64,000 nucleotides of DNA from an uncultured Acidobacteriota bacterium (GTDB lineage Bacteria; Acidobacteriota; Vicinamibacteria; Vicinamibacterales; UBA2999): contig CAWBMG010000013.1 of NCBI GenBank assembly GCA_963789815.1, positions 729,569 through 793,568 on the forward strand, given 5' to 3'. Below, piece after piece: positions 8,831 to 17,624 of the stretch. Position numbers and translations under genes: made by a program. Within the stretch, counting starts at the first letter, position 1; each line of letters starts with the position of its first letter. The notes beneath the pieces are model-generated. The model did no database searches. It was not told where the DNA came from and saw only the letters and a program-made list of their open reading frames with translations.

Positions 8831-9871
8831 TTGAATATCAGAGACATGGTCATCGATTGCCACGGGCACTACACCACGGCGCCGAAAGAGCTTCAGGCGT
8901 TTCGCGACGAGCAGATCTCCGGGCTGAAGAATCCCTCCCACGTGCCCTCCAAGCGCCCGCTCTCGATCAGCGACGATGAGCTTCGAGAGAGCGTTCAGCC
9001 TCAGCTGAAATTCCAAAGCGATCGAGGCACAGATCTCACGATCTTCTCGCCGCGTGCGTCTGCAATGGCGCATCACATCGGCGACGCGACGACCAGCGCA
9101 CACTGGTCGGAGCACTGCAACGACCTGATATTCCGCGTCTGTGGTCTCTTTCCGGAGAACTTCGTAGGCGTCTGTCAGCTTCCGCAGACACCTGGCGTGG
9201 CGCCCAGCAACGTCATCGGCGAGCTGAAGCGGTGCATCACCGAGCTCGGGTTTGTGGGCTGCAACCTGAATCCGGATCCATCGGGCGGCCACTGGAACTC
9301 GCCTCCCTTGACTGACAAGGCCTGGTATCCCGTTTACGAGAAGCTCGTCGAGCTCGACGTGCCGGCGATGGTCCACGTCAGCGCGTCGTGCAATCCGAAC
9401 TTCCACGCCACGGGCGCGCATTACATCAATGCCGACACGACGGCGTTCATGCAGTTCCTGACGGCCGACCTCTTCAAGGATTTTCCTACGCTCCGCATGA
9501 TCATTCCCCACGGCGGTGGCGCCGTTCCGTACCACTGGGGCCGGTATCGCGGCCTCGCTCAAGACATGAAGCGTCCGCCGCTCACCGATCTGATTCGCAA
9601 CAACGTGTTCTTCGATACGTGCGTCTACCATCAGGCTGGAATCGACCTGCTGATGAAGGTGGTGCCGGCCGAGAACATCCTGTTCGGGTCCGAGATGGTG
9701 GGGGCCGTGCGCGGGATCGATCCCGAAACAGGCCACTACTACGACGATACCAAACGATACGTCGACGGCGCAGCGATCGGCGACGCCGACCGCCGCAAAA
9801 TCCTCGAGGGAAACGCGAGGAAAGTGTATCCACGAATCAATAGGAAGCTTGGCGCCGTCCGCGGTGGCTGA
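8831..9871 (+). CDS. ligJ: 4-oxalomesaconate hydratase (amidohydrolase_2 family, LigJ-like)
   Basis: Near-colinear with my recollection of Sphingobium SYK-6 LigJ: IDCHGHY, IFSPRASAMAHH, NLNPDPSGGH, VPAMVHVS, IIPHGGGAVPYHWGR, FFDTCVYHQ, ILFGSEMVGAVRGIDPETGHY. The start could instead be the ATG at 8846. Confidence 0.9.
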   Translation: MNIRDMVIDCHGHYTTAPKELQAFRDEQISGLKNPSHVPSKRPLSISDDELRESVQPQLKFQSDRGTDLTIFSPRASAMAHHIGDATTSAHWSEHCNDLIFRVCGLFPENFVGVCQLPQTPGVAPSNVIGELKRCITELGFVGCNLNPDPSGGHWNSPPLTDKAWYPVYEKLVELDVPAMVHVSASCNPNFHATGAHYINADTTAFMQFLTADLFKDFPTLRMIIPHGGGAVPYHWGRYRGLAQDMKRPPLTDLIRNNVFFDTCVYHQAGIDLLMKVVPAENILFGSEMVGAVRGIDPETGHYYDDTKRYVDGAAIGDADRRKILEGNARKVYPRINRKLGAVRGG

Positions 9872-10012
9872 AGCCGTCCGCGGGGGCTGAAGCCCCCGCG
9901 CTACAGGTGCCCGTAGCGCGCACGCTTTAGCGTGCGCGAGCGGCAAAGTACCTGTAGCGCGCACGCTTTAGCGTGCGCGAGCGGCAAAGGCAACGCGAGC
10001 GGCAAAGGCAGC
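9863..10012. repeat. intergenic hairpin/tandem repeat block (GGCTGAAGCC hairpin plus two 41-nt units, each with an internal palindrome)
   Basis: CGGGGGCT-GA-AGCCCCCG hairpin. GTAGCGCGCACGCTTTAGCGTGCGCGAGCGGCAAAG occurs at about 9913 and 9954, then a GCGAGCGGCAAAGGCA tail. Confidence 0.85.
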
Positions 10013-10014
10013 AG

Positions 10015-10698
10015 ATGAAACCAACAATCGTTCGAAACATTCCGCGGGCCGACGCTGACGCCGTTCACGTGCTCGGAGAGCTGGGCGTCGCCACGGTGCA
10101 CGAGGCACAGAGCCGGACCGGCCTGATGCGGCCGTACATGCGCCCGATCTACCCATTGGCCAAGGCCGCCGGCACAGCCGTCACCGTCCTGTGTCACCCA
10201 GGCGACAACTTGATGATTCACGCTGCGATGGAACTGTGCCGCAAGGGCGACATCCTGGTCGTAACGACCACGTCCGAGTCGACCGACGGCATGTTCGGTG
10301 AACTGCTGGCCGTTTCGGCGCGCGCTCACGGCGTGACAGGACTCATCATCGATGCCGGTGTTCGAGACGTTGCGGATCTGACGACGATGGCGTTTCCAGT
10401 GTGGTCGAAGGCCGTGTCGGCGCAGGGCACCGTCAAGAGCACCGCAGGCTCCGTCAACGTTCCCGTCGTGTGCGCCGGCGCCATCGTAAAGCCGGGCGAT
10501 GTGATTGTCGGCGATATCGATGGCGTGGTCGTTGTGCCGACGCAGCTCGCTGCCGAGGTCGCACGCCTTGGAAAAGAGCGGGTGGCGAAGGAAGAGAAGG
10601 CGCGAGAGCGCCTGCGCAACGGTGAGCTCGGCCTCGATTTCTACGGGCTGCGTGCGAAACTGACCGAGTTGGGCGTCAAATACGTGGATGAGGAGTAG
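10015..10698 (+). CDS. ligK: 4-carboxy-4-hydroxy-2-oxoadipate aldolase/oxaloacetate decarboxylase (RraA-like, LigK/GalC-like)
   Basis: ATG at 10015 is the 15th codon of ORF 9973..10698; the upstream part is repeat-derived. GVATVHEAQSRTGLM, GDNLMIHAA, GLIIDAGVRD, SAQGTVK and GDIDGVVVVP match the LigK pattern as I recall it. Confidence 0.9.
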   Translation: MKPTIVRNIPRADADAVHVLGELGVATVHEAQSRTGLMRPYMRPIYPLAKAAGTAVTVLCHPGDNLMIHAAMELCRKGDILVVTTTSESTDGMFGELLAVSARAHGVTGLIIDAGVRDVADLTTMAFPVWSKAVSAQGTVKSTAGSVNVPVVCAGAIVKPGDVIVGDIDGVVVVPTQLAAEVARLGKERVAKEEKARERLRNGELGLDFYGLRAKLTELGVKYVDEE

Positions 10699-10747
10699 GC
10701 AAAGGGAGCTGGGTAGCTAGTTAGCTGGGGACCTGGGGATTTGATGG

Positions 10748-11719
10748 ATGAGTAGGCGCGCGCTTCTGTTAGTCATGCTGGCTTCGACACCTGCGGCTGC
10801 TCAAAACCCGGCCACGGACGTGGCGCCGAGGGCACCCGGCTACATGGTGCCGCGGACGCCGTGGGGAGACCCCGACATCGAAGGCATCTGGCCGAGCACA
10901 GAGTACGTGAGTGTGCCGCTGCAACGACCGCAGCAATTCGGATTGCGCACCGTGTTGACCGACGAGGAAGTGACTCAACGGGCGAAGCAGGAACAGGCTC
11001 AGAAGGAAGGCTTCGAACGCGACGGCGCCGGTGGTCCTACCGGGGCGCCAGGGCACTGGCTCGAATGGGGTAAGACGCAGCGGCAAGCCTCGCTCATCGT
11101 GGACCCGCCGAATGGACGCATGCCGGCACTCACTCCGGAAGGGCAGGCTCGCGCAACCGCTGCGCCCGTGGGAACCTTTGGCAACCGGCCCCTCAATGGG
11201 CCGAGCGACTTCACGATGTGGGAGCGGTGCTTTACGCGGGGCGTGCTGGGTTCGACGCTGCCGGTGCTCTGCAACAGCGGCATCGACATCACGCAAGGCC
11301 CGGGCTACGTCGCGATCCGATACGAGATGATCCACGACCATCGCGTCATTCCGCTGGGTGCGGCGAAAGTCTCTCCGGCGATCAAGCAGTACATGGGCGC
11401 TGCGCGTGGGCGCTGGGACGGGGACACGCTCGTCGTCGAGACAACCAACTTCACCGACAACAAGCTCGGAGTAGGAATCAGCGGCGGCGGGGCGCCGGGC
11501 AGCGACGCGCTCCGACTCACCGAGCGCTTCACCCGGGTGTCGCGCGACACCATTCGCTACGAAGCAACGGTCGATGACTCTCGCACGTGGACAGCCCCAT
11601 GGACGGTGGCGTTTCCGCTGAGGTTGACGCCCTCGTACGGCATGCACGAGTACGCGTGCCACGAAGGGAACTACGGCCTGTTGAACGCACTGAGCGCCGC
11701 CCGCGCATCGGAGAAGTAG
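10748..11719 (+). CDS. uncharacterised secreted protein, paralogue family type A
   Basis: Signal peptide MSRRALLLVMLASTPAAAQ. C-terminal domain RGRWDGDTLVVETTNF, LTERFTRVSRDTIRYEATVDD and HEYACHEGN is homologous to 3925..4956. Confidence 0.8.
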   Translation: MSRRALLLVMLASTPAAAQNPATDVAPRAPGYMVPRTPWGDPDIEGIWPSTEYVSVPLQRPQQFGLRTVLTDEEVTQRAKQEQAQKEGFERDGAGGPTGAPGHWLEWGKTQRQASLIVDPPNGRMPALTPEGQARATAAPVGTFGNRPLNGPSDFTMWERCFTRGVLGSTLPVLCNSGIDITQGPGYVAIRYEMIHDHRVIPLGAAKVSPAIKQYMGAARGRWDGDTLVVETTNFTDNKLGVGISGGGAPGSDALRLTERFTRVSRDTIRYEATVDDSRTWTAPWTVAFPLRLTPSYGMHEYACHEGNYGLLNALSAARASEK

Positions 11720-11798
11720 AGCGGGCCCTTAAGGGCCCGCGGGTCCACCGGCAGATCCAGCCTATAATCTCGTTCGAACTCATTTGAAAGGAGTCTCA

Positions 11799-12293
11799 AT
11801 GGGCATCCGTGTGGTTATGGCTCTCGTTCTGGCCGGGTCGGTTGCGACAATCGCCTGCGGGGGAGGTGCGCCTTCGAACGAAGCTCAGCCTGCGGCGGCG
11901 CCCGCAGCCTCCGCCGACGCGTCGCACACCGAGCACGCGGCCGGTCAGGGACGCGTGTTCTTCATGCAGCCAGCGAGCGGCGCGACGGTGAAGAGCCCGG
12001 TGCAGTTCGTGTTTGGCAGCGAGGGATTCGCGATTGCCGCTGTTCCGGCGGGCGAAGTCAAAGAGGTTCGTGCCGGCACGGGCCACTTCCACCTCGGCGT
12101 TGACACCGATTGCCTGCCGGTAGGACAGGCCATCCCCAAGGCCGCTCCGTGGATCCACTTCGGCGACGGCAAGAACATGATCGAGATGCAGCTCGCGCCC
12201 GGGCCGCATAAGTTCGCCGTGCAAGCTGGGGACGACCTGCACCAGACCATCGCCGGCCTCTGCGAAACGATCTCGATCACTGTGGCTGGGTAG
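11799..12293 (+). CDS. DUF4399-like lipoprotein
   Basis: AAAGGAG lies before the ATG at 11799. Signal ends in IACGG (lipobox). GHFHLGVD, WIHFGDGKNMIEMQLAPGPH and AGDDLH fit the DUF4399 pattern. Confidence 0.75.
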   Translation: MGIRVVMALVLAGSVATIACGGGAPSNEAQPAAAPAASADASHTEHAAGQGRVFFMQPASGATVKSPVQFVFGSEGFAIAAVPAGEVKEVRAGTGHFHLGVDTDCLPVGQAIPKAAPWIHFGDGKNMIEMQLAPGPHKFAVQAGDDLHQTIAGLCETISITVAG

Positions 12294-12424
12294 AGGAAAC
12301 GGAGGGGGCGGAGGGAACGGGATCACACGGAGCCACGGAGGAACGGAGATAAACAGAGAGTCTTTACCTCCGTGTCTTCGTTCCTCCGTGTGATCCCGTT
12401 CCCTCCGTCGCCTCCCTCCCCTCC
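12294..12424. repeat. long inverted repeat (GGAGGGAACGG/CACGGAG motifs) between convergent genes; the right arm lies inside the antiporter 3' end
   Basis: GGAGGGAACGGGATCACACGGAG...GGAGGAACGGAGA is mirrored by ACCTCCGTGTCTTCGTTCCTCCGTGTGATCCCGTTCCCTCC around an AT-rich centre at 12349-12366. Confidence 0.9.
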
Positions 12425-14139
12425 GCGGTCGGTGCGCCGAACAGTTCCTCTCGCACCCGCGCCCGCTCCCGGTCGATTTGATCGGGCGTCGCGCCCAGCC
12501 GGCGAAGAACGGCTTCCGTCATCGCCAACGCCACCTCGCCCTCTCCGGAAAACACCTGCTCGGCTCCCGCGCTGCGAAGCGGCGGCACCTCGCGCAGATT
12601 GACGCCGCGAACGAAGATGTGCACGTTTGGATTGAGCTCGCGTGCGCTTTTGATGACGTCTGGTGAGCCGGCGCCGGCGCCGCTGACGATGAGCGTGTCC
12701 GCGTGGCGCAAGCCCGCAGAGACCAGGATGTCCTGATACCGTGCGTCGCCGTAGATCGCGGACACACCTGCCTCGCGAAGGTTTCTGACGGCGTCCATGT
12801 TCAGCTCGACCACCGTTGGCGCGATGCCGTTCTCCTGCAGGAGCCTCGACACCGTCCGTCCCGTCGGGCCATAGCCGATGACAATCGCGCGCTCGCTCGA
12901 ATCAAGCGACGACGAGACTCCGGCGTCGGGCATCGTGGGATCCACGGCAGGCCGTCGAAACCAGCGGCGTTCCGACAACCAGTTCCCGAGCGGCTCGATT
13001 CCCTTGAATACCAGCGAGTTCAGAGTGATAGACGCGATGGCGACAGTAACGACCACATTCGTCGCTTCGTCCGGGACGATCCCGAGGGTGCGCCCGAGAG
13101 CAATCAGTATGAAAGAGAACTCGCCAACCTGTCCGCGGGACAACGACACGGTCAGGACCGTCCGGATCGGGTAGCGCATCAGCAGCAGGACGAGCGCCGA
13201 CACTGCCGGTTTGACCACTATCACGATCGCAAAGGCGCTGGCCGCAAAGGCGGAGGAGCCGACGAGCGCAGCCGGGTCGAGCAGCATACCGACGGACACG
13301 AAAAAGAGGACGGCGAACGCGTCCCGCATCGGCAGCGCTTCGGTCGCCGCGCGCAAGCTGTAGTCCGACCGGCCCACGACCATTCCCGCGAGGAAGGCGC
13401 CGAGCGCCATCGAGACTCCGAACACGGTCGCCGAGCCCACGGCAATGCCGAGTGCCAGGACGAGCACGGTGAGCGTGAACAACTCGCGCGAGCGGGTCGC
13501 CGCCACGCGGTCGAGGACCATGGGGATGATGCGACGTCCGACGATGGCGGCAAACGCGACGAGCCCGGCCACTTTCAACAGCGTCAGTGCCAGATCGACC
13601 GCGACGCGAGACGCCGAGGCGGCGGTGGCGAATGTTGGCAGGAGGACGAGCACGACGACCGTGAAGACGTCCTCGACCACGAGCCATCCGACCGCGATGT
13701 GGCCGGCAGGTGTGTGCAGTTCGCGGTTGTCCGAGAGCACGCGCACGAGAACCACGGTGCTTGCGACAGAGAGCGCGAGGCCGAAGACAATGGCGCCCGG
13801 CCACCCCCACCCGAACGCGTGCGCCGCGAGTGCGCCGAGGGCCGTCGTGGCCGCGCCCTGCACGATGGCGCCGGGAATGGCCGTGCGGCGAACTGCGAGC
13901 AGTTCCTCGAGATGAAACTGCAACCCGACGCCGAACATCAGCAGGACGACGCCGAGCTCGGCAAGCTGCTCCGCGAGCCCCGCGTTGGCCACAAATCCCG
14001 GCGTATACGGACCCACGACGACGCCGGCGATCAAATAGCCGACGATGGGGGAGAGACCCAGCCGCTGCGTGATGTAGCCGAAGACAAGGCCAGCCCCGAG
14101 GCCCCCCGCCAGCGTAAGCACGAGTTCGACTCCATGCAT
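12364..14139 (-). CDS. monovalent cation:proton antiporter-2 (CPA2, Kef/YbaL-like) with C-terminal TrkA-N/RCK domain
   Basis: Start taken at MHGVELVLTLAGGLGAGLVFGYITQRLGLSPIVGYLIAGVVVGP. About 12 TM segments, then IVIGYGPTGRTVSRLLQENG (Rossmann GxGxxG). Confidence 0.85.
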   Translation of the reverse strand: MHGVELVLTLAGGLGAGLVFGYITQRLGLSPIVGYLIAGVVVGPYTPGFVANAGLAEQLAELGVVLLMFGVGLQFHLEELLAVRRTAIPGAIVQGAATTALGALAAHAFGWGWPGAIVFGLALSVASTVVLVRVLSDNRELHTPAGHIAVGWLVVEDVFTVVVLVLLPTFATAASASRVAVDLALTLLKVAGLVAFAAIVGRRIIPMVLDRVAATRSRELFTLTVLVLALGIAVGSATVFGVSMALGAFLAGMVVGRSDYSLRAATEALPMRDAFAVLFFVSVGMLLDPAALVGSSAFAASAFAIVIVVKPAVSALVLLLMRYPIRTVLTVSLSRGQVGEFSFILIALGRTLGIVPDEATNVVVTVAIASITLNSLVFKGIEPLGNWLSERRWFRRPAVDPTMPDAGVSSSLDSSERAIVIGYGPTGRTVSRLLQENGIAPTVVELNMDAVRNLREAGVSAIYGDARYQDILVSAGLRHADTLIVSGAGAGSPDVIKSARELNPNVHIFVRGVNLREVPPLRSAGAEQVFSGEGEVALAMTEAVLRRLGATPDQIDRERARVREELFGAPTAEGREATEGTGSHGGTKTRR

Positions 14140-14157
14140 CGGAGCATCGTACTTTTT

Positions 14158-14334
14158 CAACTCCCGATTCCCAATTCCCAACTTCCAAGCCAGATGAAAC
14201 CACACGCTCGAATGGAGGCAATGGGAGTTGGACGAGCGAACAATTGGGAGTTGGACGAGCGAGCAATTGGCAGTTGGACTAGCGAAGTAGTTGGGAGTTG
14301 GACAAGCGAAGTAGTTAGGAGTTGGGTGTGGGTG
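14158..14334. repeat. CCAACTCCC/GGGAGTTGG family element: short left arm plus 4.5 tandem 23-24-nt units
   Basis: Units GGGAGTTGGACGAGCGAACAATT (14223), GGGAGTTGGACGAGCGAGCAATT (14246), GGCAGTTGGACTAGCGAAGTAGTT (14269), GGGAGTTGGACAAGCGAAGTAGTT (14293) and AGGAGTTGGGTG (14317). The opposing CCCAATTCCCAACTTCC arm is at 14158-14190. Confidence 0.9.
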
Positions 14335-14340
14335 TTTCTT

Positions 14341-15135
14341 CTAGATCGAGGCCGAGGACGTCAGGAATTTCAGCACAGAGGACGTGAACGCCTCGGCTTG
14401 CTCGACGTTACTCAGGTGAGCGCTGTCGAGCGTCACCATACGCGCGCCAGCAATCCTCGCCTGGATGAACTGCAATGCGTCGACGGGCGTCGACGTGTCG
14501 CTGCTCCCCGCCACTGCCAGAACCGGGCAGCGGATCCCAGGGATGGCTTCGCGAAGATCGGCGTCGCGCAGCGCGGCGCAGCAACCAAGATAACCGGCTG
14601 GAGAGCACGACTGCAGCATCGTTCGAAATCGCTCGACCGTCTCCGGGTCGCGCTCTCGGAAGCCCGGAGAAAACCACAAAAGCATGGCGCGCTCGGCGAC
14701 AGCGGACATGCCATGTTCGCGCACGAGCGCGATGCGCTCTGTCCACGACTGGACGCTGCCGATCCGCGCCGCGGTATTGGCCAGCACCAGGCTCTTCACA
14801 CGCGGTGAGGCGTGCACGCCAAGCCACATCGCCGTGAGACCCCCGAGCGAGAGGCCGCAGACGTGGGCAGAATCGATGCCCTCGGCATCGATGACCGCCA
14901 GCGCATCGTGAGCGAGTTGCCCGATGGTGTAGTCGCCCGTGGGCACAGACGAGCGCCCGTGACCACGGGCGTCGATTCGAATGACACGATAGACGGCCGA
15001 AAACTCAGGAAGCTGGCGTGACCAGAGCTCGCGCGTGCTGCCGATCGAGTTCAAGAAAAGCAGGGCCGGCGCGGTCGCGGGCCCCGCGACGTCGTAGCTG
15101 ATCGTCGCGTCGCTCGTCTTGACGGTGTGCTCCAT
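14341..15135 (-). CDS. alpha/beta hydrolase, 3-oxoadipate enol-lactonase (PcaD)-like
   Basis: 264 aa with LLFLNSIGS, RGHGRS, the nucleophile elbow GLSLGG and a C-terminal SAHLSNVEQ. This is the typical PcaD-type layout. Confidence 0.8.
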   Translation of the reverse strand: MEHTVKTSDATISYDVAGPATAPALLFLNSIGSTRELWSRQLPEFSAVYRVIRIDARGHGRSSVPTGDYTIGQLAHDALAVIDAEGIDSAHVCGLSLGGLTAMWLGVHASPRVKSLVLANTAARIGSVQSWTERIALVREHGMSAVAERAMLLWFSPGFRERDPETVERFRTMLQSCSPAGYLGCCAALRDADLREAIPGIRCPVLAVAGSSDTSTPVDALQFIQARIAGARMVTLDSAHLSNVEQAEAFTSSVLKFLTSSASI

Positions 15136-15140
15136 CTCTT

Positions 15141-15259
15141 AGGGCTCAGGGCTCAGGGCTCAGGGCTCAAGGCTCAGGGCTCAGGGCTCAAGGCTCAGGG
15201 CTCAAGGCTCGGACTCACGGCTTAGCCGGCTTAAGCCCTGAGCCGTGAGCCCTCAAGCC
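15141..15259. repeat. GGGCTCAG/AAGGCTCAG tandem array with an opposing CCCTGAGCC arm (hairpin element)
   Basis: About 9 tandem 7-8-mers at 15141-15211, then GCTTAAGCCCTGAGCCGTGAGCCCTCAAGCC. Same motif as the in-frame repeat at 938-1012. Confidence 0.9.
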
Positions 15260-15260
15260 G

Positions 15261-16442
15261 TTAGTGCTTCTGCCCAGCCATGGCCTGCTGACCACGCTTG
15301 TGGCTGGTCGAGAAGATCACGTGCAGCGACATCAGCGCCTGAAGCGGGTGCGCACCGGCGTCGGCGAGCGGACCAACGTGCTCGCTCACCTTTCCTCCCT
15401 GACCCACGTTGATGAGCTCGCGGGCAGCGGTTCGCTGTGCGCCCCGCAGCTCGTATTGGTCGGCAACCGCCTCGAAGTCGTTCAGGATCCGGCTGCGAAG
15501 CTCCGCGCTGTGCCGCGACTCGAACAGCAGTTTGTTCAGCCCATAGGCCTCTGATGGCGGGTGCTTGTAGAACTGGAAGCCCTGATTCAGGAACTTGAAC
15601 CCGCCGTACTGCTCGGCGGCTTTCATGGGCGCGTTCTTCCGTTCCCGTTTCGGGAGAAAGCGCATCATTCCCAGTCCGTGATGCCACGTCGGGATGTAAT
15701 CGATGAGCTCGCCTTCGAGCGCGCCGGTGGCACCGAACATGACTGCCCAGCTGAGCATCTCGGTGTTGCCGACCTCGTCGAGCTGTGTACCGGTCATGTT
15801 GAGGAGCGCGTCGGCATTCCCCGTTTCGAATTGCGCCAGAAGCCACCGATCGAAGTCGAACTCGGGATTGAGATACTTGTTCGTGCCCGGGAAGTGAGAC
15901 ATGCCGCCGCTGGCAATGATCGCGACGCGCTCCTTTCGGCCCTTCACGATATCGGCGATCGCCTTGCCAAGCGCCGCCGCGCGCTTCGGAGTCGGCAAGG
16001 GCGGGACGTACACGTTCGTGAAGAACGGCACCACGGGGATGTTGCGTTTGCCGATGACGTACTCGAACGGAATCGAGAACGCGTGGCCGAGCTCTGCATC
16101 CTCCGAGTAAGCCATGTCGAAGTTGTGATCGACGACCAGCTTGTTGAGGATGTCTTCGGCCATCTCCCGGTGGATCGGCAGGTTGTGCTCGCGGCCCGCG
16201 AACTTCGCAATTGCCCGGTCGCCCGCCACGATCGCAAATGACGGAATACAACTGACCGAAAACGTCTCGACGTGATCGGCGCCGAAAAAGAGAATCACGT
16301 CGGGCTTGGTCTCGTCGAGAACCTTGCCGAGCTCCTGCATCCCACGGCCCGCCTGATCGAGCTGATCCGGATCTTCGTCGGGCGGCCTGGTAAACATGTA
16401 TGGCGTGTGACAGGTGCCGACTGCTGCGACGATTTCGCCCAT
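15261..16442 (-). CDS. class III extradiol ring-cleavage dioxygenase, fused LigB-like N-domain and LigA-like C-domain (gallate/protocatechuate 4,5-dioxygenase type)
   Basis: N-terminal 280 aa carry LigB-fold hallmarks (GADHVE, ASGGMSH). The C-terminal roughly 100 aa, AYGLNKLLFESRHSAELRSRILNDFEAVADQYEL, resemble the LigA small subunit. This fusion architecture is known from GalA/DesB. Confidence 0.8.
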   Translation of the reverse strand: MGEIVAAVGTCHTPYMFTRPPDEDPDQLDQAGRGMQELGKVLDETKPDVILFFGADHVETFSVSCIPSFAIVAGDRAIAKFAGREHNLPIHREMAEDILNKLVVDHNFDMAYSEDAELGHAFSIPFEYVIGKRNIPVVPFFTNVYVPPLPTPKRAAALGKAIADIVKGRKERVAIIASGGMSHFPGTNKYLNPEFDFDRWLLAQFETGNADALLNMTGTQLDEVGNTEMLSWAVMFGATGALEGELIDYIPTWHHGLGMMRFLPKRERKNAPMKAAEQYGGFKFLNQGFQFYKHPPSEAYGLNKLLFESRHSAELRSRILNDFEAVADQYELRGAQRTAARELINVGQGGKVSEHVGPLADAGAHPLQALMSLHVIFSTSHKRGQQAMAGQKH

Positions 16443-16457
16443 TGAACTTTGCTCCTA

Positions 16458-16556
16458 CCGTAGGGCCGGTCCTATGGACCGGCCAGCCGGCACGTCCGAA
16501 AGGACGTGCCCTACGCGTCTTCTCGGCACGTCCGAAAGGACGTGCCCTACGTGCCC
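16458..16556. repeat. GCCCTACG-family hairpins (GGCCGGTCC-TAT-GGACCGGCC, and 2x GGCACGTCC-GAA-AGGACGTGCC-CTACG)
   Basis: Three perfect 9-bp stem hairpins read directly. The last CCCTAC overlaps the ligC stop codon. Confidence 0.9.
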
Positions 16557-17488
16557 TACCGATTCATCGCCTTATCGATCTTATCCAACAACGCCATCGT
16601 CGGAACGACGCTGGTCGCGCTCGATTCCGGCTCGCGTCCTTCACGGATCGCGCCCACGAACTCGATATCCTGGCGGTCGAAGGCCGGCATCCCGTCGAGC
16701 GCAACCTCCTTCCCGTCGCTATCGGTCATCGAGTCCCGGTAGATCTTGTAGGTGTCTTCCTCTCCGATGTAGCGGTAAAACCCGCCGAATGGGCCCTTGT
16801 TGTTGAACGACATCGCCATCGTGAAAAGCGGCCCCTTCTTCGACTTCATCGCAATCGATAGATCCATCGGGATCTTGAGCTCCGGGTGATCCGGTCCCTT
16901 CTGCCCCCACACCTCCCAGTTCGGCTCGTCGAGCACCCAGTGTGCGAGATCGACCGAATGGCAGCCATGGTGCCACAGCAGATTGTCCACCCACGACCGC
17001 GTCTGACCGTGCATGTTGAGGTTGGTGCGCCGGAAGAAATAGGTTTCGACGACCATGTGATGCAGGTGGAACGAGCCCTCTTGGATGCGACGGCGGATCT
17101 CGCGGTGAGGGCTGGAGAACCGCCGTGTGTGCGTGACCATGCACACCTTGCCCGCGGTCTTGGCGGCTGCGAGCATGTGCTGCGCGTCCGGTAGATTGAG
17201 GCTCATCGGGATTTCGACCTGGACGTGCTTGCCTTTCGAGAGCGCAAGGATCGTCTGATCGTGGTGCTGGTCACTCGGCGTCGTCAGGATCACAGCGTCA
17301 ACGCCGGGGCGGTCGATGCACGCTTCGAGGTTGGCGGACGAGAACGGGATGTTCCATTTTCCCGCGAACCCTTTTCCGCTCTCTTCAGTGCGCGCGGCCA
17401 CCGAGACCACCTTGACGCCTTCGATCTTGGCCAGGGCCTTCACGTGAATCTCGCCCATTGCCCCAGTGCCGGCCAGACAAATCTTCAT
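16556..17488 (-). CDS. ligC: Gfo/Idh/MocA oxidoreductase, 4-carboxy-2-hydroxymuconate-6-semialdehyde dehydrogenase (LigC)-like
   Basis: MKICLAGTGAMGEIH, GKHVQVEIP, VCMVTHTRRF, TYFFRRTNLNMHGQTRSWVDNLLWHHGCHSVDL, SFNNKGP and FVGAIREGREP track SYK-6 LigC as I recall it. Confidence 0.85.
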   Translation of the reverse strand: MKICLAGTGAMGEIHVKALAKIEGVKVVSVAARTEESGKGFAGKWNIPFSSANLEACIDRPGVDAVILTTPSDQHHDQTILALSKGKHVQVEIPMSLNLPDAQHMLAAAKTAGKVCMVTHTRRFSSPHREIRRRIQEGSFHLHHMVVETYFFRRTNLNMHGQTRSWVDNLLWHHGCHSVDLAHWVLDEPNWEVWGQKGPDHPELKIPMDLSIAMKSKKGPLFTMAMSFNNKGPFGGFYRYIGEEDTYKIYRDSMTDSDGKEVALDGMPAFDRQDIEFVGAIREGREPESSATSVVPTMALLDKIDKAMNR

Positions 17489-17509
17489 TCAGCCTCCAAA
17501 AGACTCGTC

Positions 17510-17608
17510 AACTCCCAACCACTATCGCTTGTCCAACTCCCAACTCCCAATTGCCTTCGAGCGTCCTTGGGAGTTGGGCCAGCGTCAGAAGTTGGGAGTT
17601 GGAAGTTA
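17510..17608. repeat. CCAACTCCC/GGGAGTTGG family inverted-repeat element
   Basis: CAACTCCCAACC...GTCCAACTCCCAACTCCCAATTG is opposed by CTTGGGAGTTGGG...GTTGGGAGTTGGAAGTT. Confidence 0.9.
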
Positions 17609-17624
17609 GAACATCGCGGTCGCT

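Noticed and set aside
8762-9964. 400-aa minus-strand ORF opposite ligJ
   Set aside because: The plus-strand product aligns along its full length with the LigJ pattern. The minus-strand translation has no motifs and its ends lie inside repeat and terminator sequences.
12703-14808. 701-aa plus-strand ORF and 454-aa minus-strand ORF (12902..14266) overlapping the antiporter gene
   Set aside because: The translations are Arg/Asp/His-rich low-complexity sequence without domains. They lie antisense to, or out of frame with, a well-supported 12-TM CPA2 antiporter. This is typical of spurious long ORFs in high-GC DNA.
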